From contig CAVWLP010000003.1 of NCBI GenBank assembly GCA_963755915.1, positions 1,344,001-1,408,000 of the forward strand: a stretch of 64,000 nt of DNA. Direction: 5' to 3'. Below, in pieces: positions 40,609-51,140 of this stretch (position 1 is its first letter; each line of letters opens with the position of its first letter). The stretch is from an uncultured Phycisphaerales bacterium. GTDB taxonomy: Bacteria; Planctomycetota; Phycisphaerae; Tepidisphaerales; Tepidisphaeraceae. The translations under genes and the position numbers were made by a program. A model generated the notes under the pieces. The model worked only from the letters and a program-made list of their open reading frames with translations. It ran no database searches and had not been told where the DNA came from.

Positions 40609-42142
40609 CTAGCCGATCTGATGCGCCGGCTTGGGCAGGTCATCGTGGATGGTTTGCTGCTTGGGCTGGTCGCCGGCGAAGGTGAAGAGAATCATGTCGT
40701 CGTCGATGCGGGCCTGGAGGTGGACGGGGCGCTGCCAGATTTTGTAGAGGTTGCGGAGGGTTTCGACGGCGAATTTGATTTCGAGGTCGAGGCCGTTGTG
40801 GCGGTGGGCGAGATATAGCTCGCCGCGGCTGCCGTAGTCGCCGTCGACGACGTAGATGAACGGGCGGCCGTGATTGGTGAGATGATAGAGCATCGTCTGC
40901 TTAATGCGGTGCGGATCGCGGCGTGATGATGCGGAGCTGGCCGGTGTGGGGGTCGCGGCCGTACTGGTAGAACTTGTGCTTTTCGATGAATTCGGGGGTC
41001 ATGAATTCGTCGATGAAGTTGACGTCGTTGTACATCCGGCGGACTTCGAAGATTTTTTCGCGGCCGAGGCCGAGGCCCTTGTCCCAGGATTTTTTCTCGC
41101 CGAGGTTGTCGGATTCCTCGTAGGCTTTGCCGAAGCGGCCCTTGTTCCAGCGGTCTTCGATGTCGCGGAAGAGTTCGAGGCCGATCTTGTACGGGTTGAA
41201 ATTGCCGGGCGGCATGTGGACGGTGCCGCTGTGGTGGTCGGCGTAGTCGATGATTTCCCTGGCCTCGACGAAATGCTTGGTCATCAGGGTGCTGTGCCAG
41301 TAGCTGGCCCAGCCCTCGTTCATCACCTTGGTCATGCCCTGTGGGGCAAAATAGTAGGCCTCTTCGCGGACGATGGCGAGGCAATCCATCTGCCAATCAT
41401 CGAGACGGGCGTGCTCCAGAAGATAGTGCAGCACGTCGCGGGTGGGACGGCCGGGGGTGACGTGTTTGAGTTTGGCGCGGTCTTCGCGCATTTTTTTGGC
41501 CTCGGCTTCGAGAAGCTCGGGGGGATTGATCCAGCGGTCGAGGTAATCCTTGGCCTTGAATTTGGAGACGAGCTCCTCGCGGGGGACTTCCTCGGGCTTT
41601 TGCTCGAGGGGGCCGCGGTTGAGGAACATGCTGTGGGCGTCGATGAGGTCTTCGAGGCTGAGGCAAACGTCGAGAAACCTTTCGACGGTGTCGTACCCCT
41701 GCTTTTCGATGTGGCGGCGGATGCGGGTGGCGTGGTTCGCCATCTCATCCATCATTTTGCGGTTGGTCTGGCTGAACCAGAGATTGTTCTTGAAGAAGTC
41801 GGCGTGGCCGTAGACGTGGGCGATGACCAGCTTCTGATCGACGAGCTGGTTTGACTCCTGCAGGTAGGCGTAGCAGGGGTCGTTGTTGATGACCATCTCG
41901 TAGATGCGGCCGAGGCCGTAGAAGTGCTGCTTGCGGAGGCGTTCATATTCGGCGCCGAAGCGCCAGTGGGGATAGCGCTGGGGGAACCCGCCGTAGGCGG
42001 CGATTTCGTTCATCTGCTCGTAGTCGCACATCTCGAAGATGACAGGGAAGAAATCGAGTCCGTAGGAGCGTGCGCGTTCGCGGATTTGTTTTTTGGCGGT
42101 GAGCAGTTCCTGCGGGAATGGTCCGACGGTGTGGGAGGGCAT
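40609..42142 (-). CDS. spoVR: SpoVR-family protein (frameshift near 40915)
   Basis: GGFPQRYPHWRFG, IYEMVINNDP, HVYGHADFF, TKVMNEGWASYWH; C-terminus in ORF 40609-40893. Confidence 0.92.
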
Positions 42143-42272
42143 CTTCTACTAAGATAATATTCGGTCAGGGGGCGGGAGTCACTTGCGTGGTTGGGCTAAA
42201 ATTGAACGGAAAGCCCCGGGATGGCAATCCTGGTGCTAAACTGCGCAAACTCTCCGAGTCGGAAGGACGGGT

Positions 42273-42871
42273 CTATTTCGCGGCAAAAACGCGGCCCAAA
42301 TCAAGGGAAAACCCTGGAAGCTGCGTGGTCGTATATTTCTGGGAGGTCTTAACAATCCTGGGCTTCCATTGTCCGCGCCAGCGAACCAGGGCGGTCATCT
42401 GTTGTTTCTGCGCATCAACGATCCAGTATTCGTCAATACCGAATTCAAGATATTCATCCGGCTTTTCGTGGTAATCACGTTTCGCCGAACTCGGCGAAAC
42501 AACTTCGATCACGATCTGCGGCACCCATAGTGACCACACATCATCAAGGTCCGGTGGCGGCGTACAGTAAACAGAAAGGTCCGGATGTCGCTCTGATTGA
42601 ACCGATGCAATTAGAATTTTGCTTTCCAGCGAACTGCTGATTGTATGAATTATGCCCTTATGTGACTCCTGATAAACAACGAGCTGGTTTCGAATCGCCT
42701 GGACTTGGGCCAGATGCCTGAAGTTGGGCACGTCCACCATCTCGATGACTCCCTTATTGAGCTCAAAGTGTTGCCCATCGCGCAAATCGCTCGATCGAAA
42801 CGATCGAGCGACATTCGGCGGCCGTGGTCCTGGGGCCCAATGGTCACTTGTTTGCGCATCGCCGTCGGCAT
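42273..42871 (-). CDS. Uma2-family endonuclease (frameshift near 42785)
   Basis: RHPDL, IVIEVVSPSS, EKPDEY, YWIVD. Confidence 0.85.
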
Positions 42872-42914
42872 GACAACACCTCAGAGCGAATAGATTATAG
42901 CAAGATCAAATGTC

Positions 42915-45218
42915 TCAGCGGCGATCTCTGCCACCGCGGTCGCCACCACGTCCGCCTCCCCCACCGCCGCGGGGACCGCGGTCGCCGCCACCGCCACCGC
43001 GATGGCCGCCACCATGCCCGCGATCGCCACCGCCGCGGTCGTCGTGGTGGCCGCCTTCGTCGCCACTGCCGACGGGTGCGCCTTCGGGTTCGGGGTCGCT
43101 GATGCCTTCATCCTTCATGGCGGCTTTGCGGCTGAGTTTAATGCGGCCCTGGTCGTCGATGAGGATGACCTTGACGTGAATTTCGTCGCCGATGTTGACG
43201 AAATCGGTGACGTTCTGGACGTAGCGGTCGGAGAGTTCGGAGACGTGGCACAGGCCGTCGGTTTCGGGGGCGATTTCGACGAAGGCGCCGAATTCCTTGA
43301 TGCTGACGACTCTGCCGGTGTAGATCTTTCCGACCTTCACCTCGGCGGTCATGGCCTCGACGATGTCGCGTGCCTTTTCGGCGGATTCCTGGTCGACGGA
43401 GCTGATGAAGACGGTGCCGTCGTCCTCGATGTCGATCTGGGCGCCGGTGTCTTCCTGGAGCTTCTTGATGTTCTTGCCGCCGGGGCCGATGAGCTTGCCG
43501 ATCTTTTCCGGATCGATCTTGACGGTGAGAAGGCGCGGGGCGTATTTGCTGATTTCCGGCCTCGGGCCGGGGAGGACGGCTGCCATCTTGTCGAGGATGG
43601 TCAGGCGCGCCTCGCTGGCGCGCTGGAGGGTGTCGCGGATGATCGTATAGTCGATGCCCTCGGTCTTGATGTCGAGCTGGATGGCGGTGATACCGTCGCG
43701 GGTGCCGCAGACTTTGAAGTCCATGTCTCCGAAATGATCTTCCTCGCCGATGATGTCGGTGAGGAGTGCGGAGCGGTCGCCCTCTTTGACGAGGCCGACG
43801 GAGATTCCGGCGACGGGCTTGGTGATGGGTACGCCGGCGTCCATAAGTGCTAGGCATCCGCCGCAACTGCTGGCCATGGAGCTGGAGCCGTTGGATTCGA
43901 GGATGTCGCTGATGATTCGCACGGTGTAGGGGAACTGCTCGATGCCCGGGAGGACGGCGACGAGGCTGCGTTCGGCGAGCGCGCCGTGGCCGATCTCGCG
44001 GCGGCCGGGGCCGCGGATGGGGCGAACTTCGCCCACGCTGTAGCTGGGGAAGTTGTAGTGGAGCATGAATTTCTGGCTGTATTCGTCAATCAGGCCGTCG
44101 ACGAGCTGTTCGTCGCTGCTGGTGCCGAGAGTGACAGTACACATGGCCTGGGTTTCGCCGCGGGTGAAGACGGCGGAGCCGTGAACGCGGGGAAGGACGC
44201 CGACCTCGCAGGAGATGGGGCGGATGCTGTGGTAGTCGCGGCCGTCGGGCCGGACGCCGGAGAGAATCGCCTCGCGGGTGACCTGCTCTTCGACCTCGAC
44301 GAAAATATTGCGGACCTGCTTTTGTTTATCGCGGGTGGCAAGGATCGATTGATAGCTGGCGTTGGGATCGGTGATGGGCGGGGCCATCTCGGCGATGAGG
44401 TCTTCACGAACCTGGTCGATGGCGTCGGCGCGATCGCTCTTGCCGGCCTTGCCCTTGATCTCGCGGATTTTGTCGGTGACGCGGGCGCGGATGGCGTCGA
44501 CGAAGCCGGCATCGGGATGCTTAATCTCGCCGACTTTCGGCTTGGCGGCCTTGGATTGCAGTTCTTCGATCATGCCGACGATTTCGACGACGGCCTTGTG
44601 GCCGAACTCGATGGCATCGGCGACGACGTCTTCCTTCACCTCGCGGCCGCCGAGCTCGATCATATTGACGAAATGCTTGGTTCCGGCGACGACGAGGTCC
44701 ATGTCGCTGTATTCAAGCTGCTCGACGGTGGGGTTGAGGACCAACAGCCCATCGACGCGTCCGACGCGGGCGTGGGCGGTGGGGGTCAGGAAGGGGATGT
44801 CGCTGATGGCGACGGCGGCGCTGGCGGCGATGCCGGAGAAAATGTCCGGGTCGTTTTCGCCGTCGAAGGCGAGGACGTTGAGATGGATCTGCACCTCGTC
44901 CATGAATCCCTTGGGGAAGAGCGGGCGAAGTGGCCGGTCGATGAGACGGGCGGTGAGGATTTCCTTGGTGGTGGGCCGGCCTTCGCGCTTCATGAACCCA
45001 CCGGGGAATTTACCGGCGGCGGCGCGGCGCTCGCGGTAATCCACCTGGAGAGGGAAAAAGTCGATCCCTTCGCGCGGCTTGGCGCGAACGACGGCGGCGA
45101 AAACAACCGTGTCTCCATACTGGACGGTGACGGCGCCGTCGGCGAGCTTGGCGTAGGTACCGGTCTCGATGGCGAGCGTACGCCCGCCGAGCTGCCTTTC
45201 AACTCGAATGGCTTGCAT
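42915..45218 (-). CDS. pnp: Polyribonucleotide nucleotidyltransferase
   Basis: FFPLQVDY, RLIDRPLRPLF, FTRGETQ, ESNGSSSMAS, GDMDFKV, KH and S1 domains. Confidence 0.98.
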   Translation of the reverse strand: MQAIRVERQLGGRTLAIETGTYAKLADGAVTVQYGDTVVFAAVVRAKPREGIDFFPLQVDYRERRAAAGKFPGGFMKREGRPTTKEILTARLIDRPLRPLFPKGFMDEVQIHLNVLAFDGENDPDIFSGIAASAAVAISDIPFLTPTAHARVGRVDGLLVLNPTVEQLEYSDMDLVVAGTKHFVNMIELGGREVKEDVVADAIEFGHKAVVEIVGMIEELQSKAAKPKVGEIKHPDAGFVDAIRARVTDKIREIKGKAGKSDRADAIDQVREDLIAEMAPPITDPNASYQSILATRDKQKQVRNIFVEVEEQVTREAILSGVRPDGRDYHSIRPISCEVGVLPRVHGSAVFTRGETQAMCTVTLGTSSDEQLVDGLIDEYSQKFMLHYNFPSYSVGEVRPIRGPGRREIGHGALAERSLVAVLPGIEQFPYTVRIISDILESNGSSSMASSCGGCLALMDAGVPITKPVAGISVGLVKEGDRSALLTDIIGEEDHFGDMDFKVCGTRDGITAIQLDIKTEGIDYTIIRDTLQRASEARLTILDKMAAVLPGPRPEISKYAPRLLTVKIDPEKIGKLIGPGGKNIKKLQEDTGAQIDIEDDGTVFISSVDQESAEKARDIVEAMTAEVKVGKIYTGRVVSIKEFGAFVEIAPETDGLCHVSELSDRYVQNVTDFVNIGDEIHVKVILIDDQGRIKLSRKAAMKDEGISDPEPEGAPVGSGDEGGHHDDRGGGDRGHGGGHRGGGGGDRGPRGGGGGGRGGDRGGRDRR

Positions 45219-45456
45219 GAAAAATAACCTTTATGCGGCCCCGGTTTGGTGAATGAATCGAGCCAGAAGATGGGGGGAAGACCCAGTTGCGAGTTTCGAG
45301 TTGGGGATTGCGAGAATTGCCCCCACGGCATTTCCACCGGGGCCATTCGATCGCAACGCGCAACTCGCTACTCGCAACTCATTCGCATCCGTGGCTAAGC
45401 ATATTTGCCGGCCGACCCCTTTACGCCGGGGCTGCATTGGCGGATAGGTAGGCCGG

Positions 45457-45488
45457 CAAACAAAAAGGCACGGCCAATTGCCGTGCCC
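45457..45488 (-). terminator. Intrinsic terminator between rpsO and pnp
   Basis: On minus: GGCACGGC-AATTG-GCCGTGCC-TTTTTGTTT. Confidence 0.75.
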
Positions 45489-45498
45489 ATAAATAACC

Positions 45499-45768
45499 CT
45501 ATTTTCTCAATCCCAGCCGTCCGATGATCTGCTGATATCTGGTGCGGTCTTCCCGCGTGAGATATTTGAGCAATTGATTTCGCCGGCTGACTAGTTTTAA
45601 CAGTCCCCGCCGGGATGAATGGTCCTTCTTGTGCGCGTCGAAATGCCCGCGGAGATGGTTGATCCGCTCGGTGAGCAAAGCGATCTGCACTTCAGGAGAA
45701 CCCGTATCCTTGGCGTGAATTTTGTAATCGGTGACGATTTTCTGTTTCTGCGTGGCCGTGATAGACAT
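45499..45768 (-). CDS. rpsO: 30S ribosomal protein S15
   Basis: [27 protein letters not shown]; 89 aa; upstream of pnp. Confidence 0.98.
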   Translation of the reverse strand: MSITATQKQKIVTDYKIHAKDTGSPEVQIALLTERINHLRGHFDAHKKDHSSRRGLLKLVSRRNQLLKYLTREDRTRYQQIIGRLGLRK

Positions 45769-45995
45769 CTGAATGATCTCCCAGACACCAGGTAAGCCAG
45801 TTTCTTTATCGCCGCGGGACTGCCCGGGCGTTCCGGCCTGCCGGTCATAAAGGGTTCCGCCACGGGGATTTGGGCGAGAGAAGCCGAGGCCCCCGATGCC
45901 GCACCGGCGGCATAGCGGAAAGAGAGAAAGAGGATATGGGGGATCGCGTGACCGGTCAAGGGCGAGCAATACCCGTTTGGTCACGGCTTCTTCCT

Positions 45996-46040
45996 TTCAC
46001 CCTCCCTGGTACTCCGGGGGGAGGGGTGGGGAGGGGGCTC
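45996..46040. repeat. REP-like element (left flank of nuclease cassette)
   Basis: CCCTCCCTGGTACTCCGGGGGAGGGG...; inverted related copy at 47335-47406 and a diverged copy near 24479-24530. Confidence 0.65.
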
Positions 46041-46135
46041 TCGCAGTTCGTTCCCCGCTGCTGCGATTGCTGAGCCTAATGGCGCGAGTGAAATGCCAAA
46101 TTGAAACGCCCGCCCGCAAAGAGCAAAATACTTAT

Positions 46136-46525
46136 ATGACGCAATACTCAGGGGAATCTCTTCGGGGTTACGGTCGCGAGGCTTACCTGCGCGACCGATT
46201 CAAGTGTCAATACTGCGGCTTTGATGGTCGTGATTTTCTCGGCTGGATGCAACTTTCGGTGGACCACATTGTGCCCCGCGGCGCCGGGGGCGCCGACGAT
46301 CTTGATAACCTCGCGACCTGTTGCCACTCCTGCAACTCGATCACAAGCCGGATGAACTTTGCACCCGCGACTCCCAAGGACGAAATAATTCGACAAAAGA
46401 TTCAGCGTGTGCGAAGCCGCCATCAAGAGTGTCTGGAGTTTTGGAAAGCCAACGTCGTTCAAACTTATTTGCGAGAAATACCACCAGCCCAATCGGAAAG
46501 TCCTATTCGGTCCGCGGTCCTCTGA
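46136..46525 (+). CDS. HNH endonuclease
   Basis: RDRFKCQYCG...SVDHIVPRGAGG.DDLDNLATCCHSCN. Confidence 0.9.
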   Translation: MTQYSGESLRGYGREAYLRDRFKCQYCGFDGRDFLGWMQLSVDHIVPRGAGGADDLDNLATCCHSCNSITSRMNFAPATPKDEIIRQKIQRVRSRHQECLEFWKANVVQTYLREIPPAQSESPIRSAVL

Positions 46526-46553
46526 CCGACGCAACTGCCGGGATCGTGCGGCT

Positions 46554-47030
46554 ATGTCAAACTCAACATTAATTCATTGCACGCAGGCGCTCCGTGACCT
46601 TTGGCCATCACCGCTCGCAACATTGTGGCGGCAACAATATCCAAATATCATTGATGAAGACGATTTGAGGATTACGACACATCAGCCCAGTTATCATTTT
46701 TGCGAATGGTTTGCAGCGATTCATTTATTCCAACGTGATGGCGTGCACGCACTAATCGAAAAATATATTTACGCCAACCATCCGAAGAAGATTTCTCAGC
46801 TGTCGGCGATTCTTGGCCAACAAAAACTAAACCGTCTTATGAGCATCTGCGAAGGACTCCACGTTCAACCCCCGGATCTGTTCCTTTATGTTCCGGGCGG
46901 CACGCGTTGTGGTTTTGCTGAAATAAAAGGGCCAAAGGACCGAATTTCTGACGCACAACTTCAGAGTCACGTTCGAATCTCCGAGGAGCTTGATTTACCG
47001 GTCGAAATCTTCGAAGTCGCAATTCGATAA
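46554..47030 (+). CDS. VRR-NUC domain (PD-(D/E)XK) nuclease
   Basis: PPDLFL...FAEIKGPKDRISDAQ matches the VRR-NUC PDL..E.K..D.LS..Q motif. Confidence 0.82.
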   Translation: MSNSTLIHCTQALRDLWPSPLATLWRQQYPNIIDEDDLRITTHQPSYHFCEWFAAIHLFQRDGVHALIEKYIYANHPKKISQLSAILGQQKLNRLMSICEGLHVQPPDLFLYVPGGTRCGFAEIKGPKDRISDAQLQSHVRISEELDLPVEIFEVAIR

Positions 47031-47334
47031 TCCAAGTAGAATTGAAGGTGTACGGAACTTCGTAATTCGATCGCAAAGCCCTCACTCTTCCTGATCCCTT
47101 TCTGTAAATTTTTGCCCAACCGCACCTTTTTCAAATCGCGTTTATTCGTTTCGGGTTCACGGCGAAGGGGAGGAGAAACTGCTGCGGAACACAATTTATG
47201 CGGCGGTTGGGCGTTTACTATGTGGAGTAGGTGTGCCCCGCGAGGGCCGAATTGCGGTATAACTCTGAGGCCATTGCGGAGATGGATACGTTCATGGTTT
47301 TTAGAAATCCAGTCGGTTGGCTGAAATCCATTGC

Positions 47335-47406
47335 AGCCCCCATCCTCACCCTACCCTCTTCGAGCCTGAGCCTCAGAGCCGAAGGCCGGAGTACCAGGGG
47401 AGGGAA
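47335..47406. repeat. REP-like element (right flank), with a 28-bp palindromic insert
   Basis: Reverse complement TTCCCTCCCCTGGTACTCCGG[CCTTCGGCTCTGAGGCTCAGGCTCGAAG]AGGGTAGGGTGAGG. Confidence 0.65.
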
Positions 47407-47431
47407 TAACACGCAGGGTTGCGGGTCGGGC

Positions 47432-48764
47432 ATGGTGGGCAGTCTTGCAGCGTTCGTGATGCCGTTGCTCTGCCTCGCTGGATTCGTCCGCGGTGGGGAT
47501 AACCAAGCGGCCCCCGCCCTGCCACAGATCTCGCAGCGGGTGTTTGTGATCACCGATTTCGGCGCATCCACAAGGCCCTCAACCGACGCCTCCGCCCTCA
47601 TCCAAAAAGCGATTAACGCCGCCTCGGCGGCGGGTGGGGGGATCGTCGAAGTGCCGAAGGGGGAATTTGTCTCGGGGCCACTGCGGATGGCAAATGGGAT
47701 CGATCTGCGGATCGATGAAGGAGCTACACTGAAAATGCTCCCGATCGATAAATATCCCGGCGGGACCCGCAATCCGCAGAGCTTCATCAGCGGGCAGACG
47801 CTCCACGACATCGCCATCACCGGCAGCGGCACCATCGACGGCCAGGGCGCACCCTGGTGGCCGCTCGTCAAGAAACAGCCGAACATTCGCCGCCCCCGTA
47901 TGATCGCGCTCAGCGGCTGCAATCGCATCCTCATCGAAGGTGTCACCCTGCAGAACTCGCCCATGTTTCACATCGCCATCAGCGGACACTCCACCAACGT
48001 CACGGTCCGCGGCGTAACCATCCTGCGCCCCAGCCTCCACCGACGCCAAAAATCCCAGCCATAACACCGATGCCTGCGATGTCTCCGGCTCCCATGTGCT
48101 CATCGAAAACTGTAACGTGAGCGTTGGGGACGATAATTTCACCTGCGGGGGTGGAACGTCGGACGTGCTGATCCGAAACTGCACCTACGGCTTCGGCCAC
48201 GGTGTCTCCGTCGGCAGCCCGACGGGCGGGGGTGTTTCCGACATCACGGTCGAGAACTGCACTTTCAAGAACACGGAGTGCGGAATCCGCATCAAGTCCG
48301 ACCGCGGCCGCGGTGGGATCGTCCAACACCTCACTTACAGAAACCTTCAGATGACCAACGTCGGCATCCCCATCCTCATCTACGCGGAATACATGGCCAG
48401 GGCGAGGGAATACCGCGACCTGGTCGATATTACCGCGCCCATCGCCACCACCTACCCCTCCCGTGAGATGTCCTCGCGAACCCCCGTCTACCGCGACATC
48501 ACGTTCAGTGACATCACCGCCACTACCGCCCCCGGACAGCGGGCGGGCCTGATTTGGGGTTTGCCAGAGGCGCCGGCTTCTAAAATACTTCTGCATAACG
48601 TGACCATCACGGCGGATAAGCCGTTTGGGATTTACAATGCGAAGGGGGTGCAGATGGAAAACTGCAACATCGTCACGCCGGGGGAGAAGGGGAAGAGCGT
48701 CTCCGTGGGGAATGCGGAGGTGACTTTTTCAGCGGCGGCGACGGGGCCGGATATTCACGAATAA
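47432..48764 (+). CDS. Glycoside hydrolase family 28 (polygalacturonase), frameshift near 48040
   Basis: GTIDGQG..WW, NSPMFH, NTD, GDD, GHG, RIKS motifs. Confidence 0.9.
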
Positions 48765-48937
48765 TCTCCGGCGAGGGGCGAAACGCGCACCGCTAGATGA
48801 GATGACGTTGCGCTTTGGGGGTTGCGGCAAAACGGGATCGTTGCGGGCGCCAATTCAGCAAAAACATTCTTGATCTGGGATCGTCTGCAATGGAGAATGG
48901 TTGTGGACGTTTGGAGCCGCGCGACTCCGGAGGCCAT

Positions 48938-49369
48938 ATGCCGCACGATCTGCGATTGCTTTCGCGAAAATGGTTCGAGGAAGTCTGGAACGAGCGCAGC
49001 GCCGCGGCGATCGATCAGATGGCGGCGGCGGATGTGATCATCTACGGGCTCACGGAAGACGGTCAGCCGGCCCACGGCACCGGGTCGTTCAAGCAATTTT
49101 GGAAATCCTTTCTCTCGGCGTTTCCGGACTTGAAGGTGAGCGTTGAGGACGTTCTGCTTGAAGGCGACAAGACCGCGATCCGGATTGCTTTTGGCGGAAC
49201 CCATAGCGGCGAAGGCATCGGGATCCCGCCGACGAATCGGCGGTTTCGGTGCACGGCTATCATCATCGTCCTCTGGCGCGACGGGAAGATTGCGGAGTCG
49301 TGGAATGAATTCGACGCGGCGGGGATGATGCGGCAACTGCAAAATCCGGGTGCGCAGTTGCGGGCTTGA
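48938..49369 (+). CDS. SnoaL-like ester cyclase
   Basis: FEEVWNE, AFPDL, EGDK, GTHSG..GIPPT, DGKIAESW. Confidence 0.9.
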   Translation: MPHDLRLLSRKWFEEVWNERSAAAIDQMAAADVIIYGLTEDGQPAHGTGSFKQFWKSFLSAFPDLKVSVEDVLLEGDKTAIRIAFGGTHSGEGIGIPPTNRRFRCTAIIIVLWRDGKIAESWNEFDAAGMMRQLQNPGAQLRA

Positions 49370-49537
49370 AAGACGACTTGAACGGCATAAAAGCGCTTCC
49401 CTTCGGGGCGCGGCTAAACGGGCTTGTTTATGTCGCGGGTTGGTCTTTGGTATGATGTGTCGTGCAAGCGCCGGCGAGTCGGGTCCCTCCTGACCCCGGC
49501 GCAACTCGCCATTTCGTTTTCGGCAGATGGAGGCAAC

Positions 49538-50616
49538 ATGTCGGATGACAGCACTCCTCGGCGTCGCCCGGTGGTTTGGGCTCGGCTGTTCGTGGAAATC
49601 CTTTTGGTCGCCGCGATCGCGGTTGTCATATACTTCGAATACGTCCGGCAGACGGCGCCGAAGCATCTGAGGCTGGCGCTGGTGACCTGGACGCAGGACC
49701 CGTTCTGGCAGCCGATGCTGCGCGGGCGCGGGATTATGCGGAGAAATCGAATATTGATCTGACGATCGTGCAGTCGAAGCCTTCGGTGGACGAGCAGACG
49801 CAGGACATCCGGCAGGTGCTGGGGAGCGGGGTGGATGGGATTGCGATCAGTCCCAACGACGCGGGGGCGGAGCATGAGATTTTGAGCGATGCCGCCAGGC
49901 AGGTGCCGATGGTGACTTTTGATACGGATGCGCCGGATTGCGGCCGGAAGCGGTTTGTGGGGATCGACAACTATGCGGCGGGCCGGGTGTGTGCCGGGGA
50001 GATGATCGACGCGCTGCCGGGGGGCGGGCCGATATTGATTTCGGTGGGGAGCGTGACGCAGCAGCATGGGCGCGATCGGCGGCAGGGGGTGATCGATGAA
50101 TTGCTTGGGCGCGGGTTCAATCGAGATCGGGCGCCTGATGCGATCGACGCCAAGTTGCAGGGGCCGAAATATTCGGTGGTTTATACGGCGACGGATGGGG
50201 GCGTGCCGGAGAATGCGGTCGGGGCGATCGCCGCCGGGTTGCGGGCGCACCCGGAGGTGAAAGGGATCATCGGGCTGTTCAGCTACAGCGCGCCGGCGGC
50301 ACTGGCGGCGGTCAAGCAGGTCGGGCGGACGGATCCGATTGCTATTGTCGGGTTCGATGCCAGCGATGAAACGCAGGAGGCACTGGTAGCGGGGACGATT
50401 CACTCGTCGGTTCTGCAGGATTCGTATCGTGCGGGATACGAAACGATGGAGGTGCTTGCGAACGAGGCGCGGGGGGTGCCGCCGGGGCCGGCGGAGCTTT
50501 CGCCGATGCTGTACGTCGGGATCGACGTGCTGACGACGGACAACCTCGATCAGCTCCGGTCGGCGGGAAAGATTACGGCGCCGTCGGCCACGACCAGGCC
50601 GGATGCGTCGTCGTAG
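49538..50616 (+). CDS. Sugar ABC-type substrate-binding protein (frameshift near 49725)
   Basis: DPFW, VDGIAISP, TFDTDAP, VGIDNYAAG, IVGFD. Confidence 0.85.
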
Positions 50617-50867
50617 GCGGGAAATGCATCATCACCGCCCGCTTCGCAGGAGAGCGCGGAGATCGCTGAGAAAGATAGGAGGTTGGGGGGCTGTCGCGTG
50701 GTATAGCGGGTGCTGTTGGCATGTCCCAAGATTTCCCATTTTTTCTCATTTTGGAGGACTTTTTTCGGGGGATCGATGTGCGACGGCGCGGGGTCGGGGG
50801 CCGGTGCGGGGCGGTTCCCGATTTTTCCCACTTTTTCACACTTTTTTGGGCAAACGGGGTGGAGGGG

Positions 50868-50918
50868 ATTTGAAATTTGAGATTTCAGATTTCAGATTTC
50901 AGATTTCAGATTTCAGAT
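50868..50918. repeat. Heptamer tandem repeat (GATTTCA x5 plus degenerate units)
   Basis: Directly visible. Confidence 0.85.
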
Positions 50919-51140
50919 AAGGTACATAGACCCTCCGGCAGAAAAAACATGACGCGTCTATATACAGGTCCAAAAGGTGTACGTTTTGGACCTATTTTTG
51001 AAAATTCTGGGAATTTTTCTGAAAAAATTTTTTGGGGGTCGGTTGCCGTTAATGGGCTGGGCGCGCTGGTAAAACTTTGTCGGAATTTTTTGGTAAACGA
51101 TTACGTCGGTATACTGCGGGAACTGGCGATTGGAGAATTT

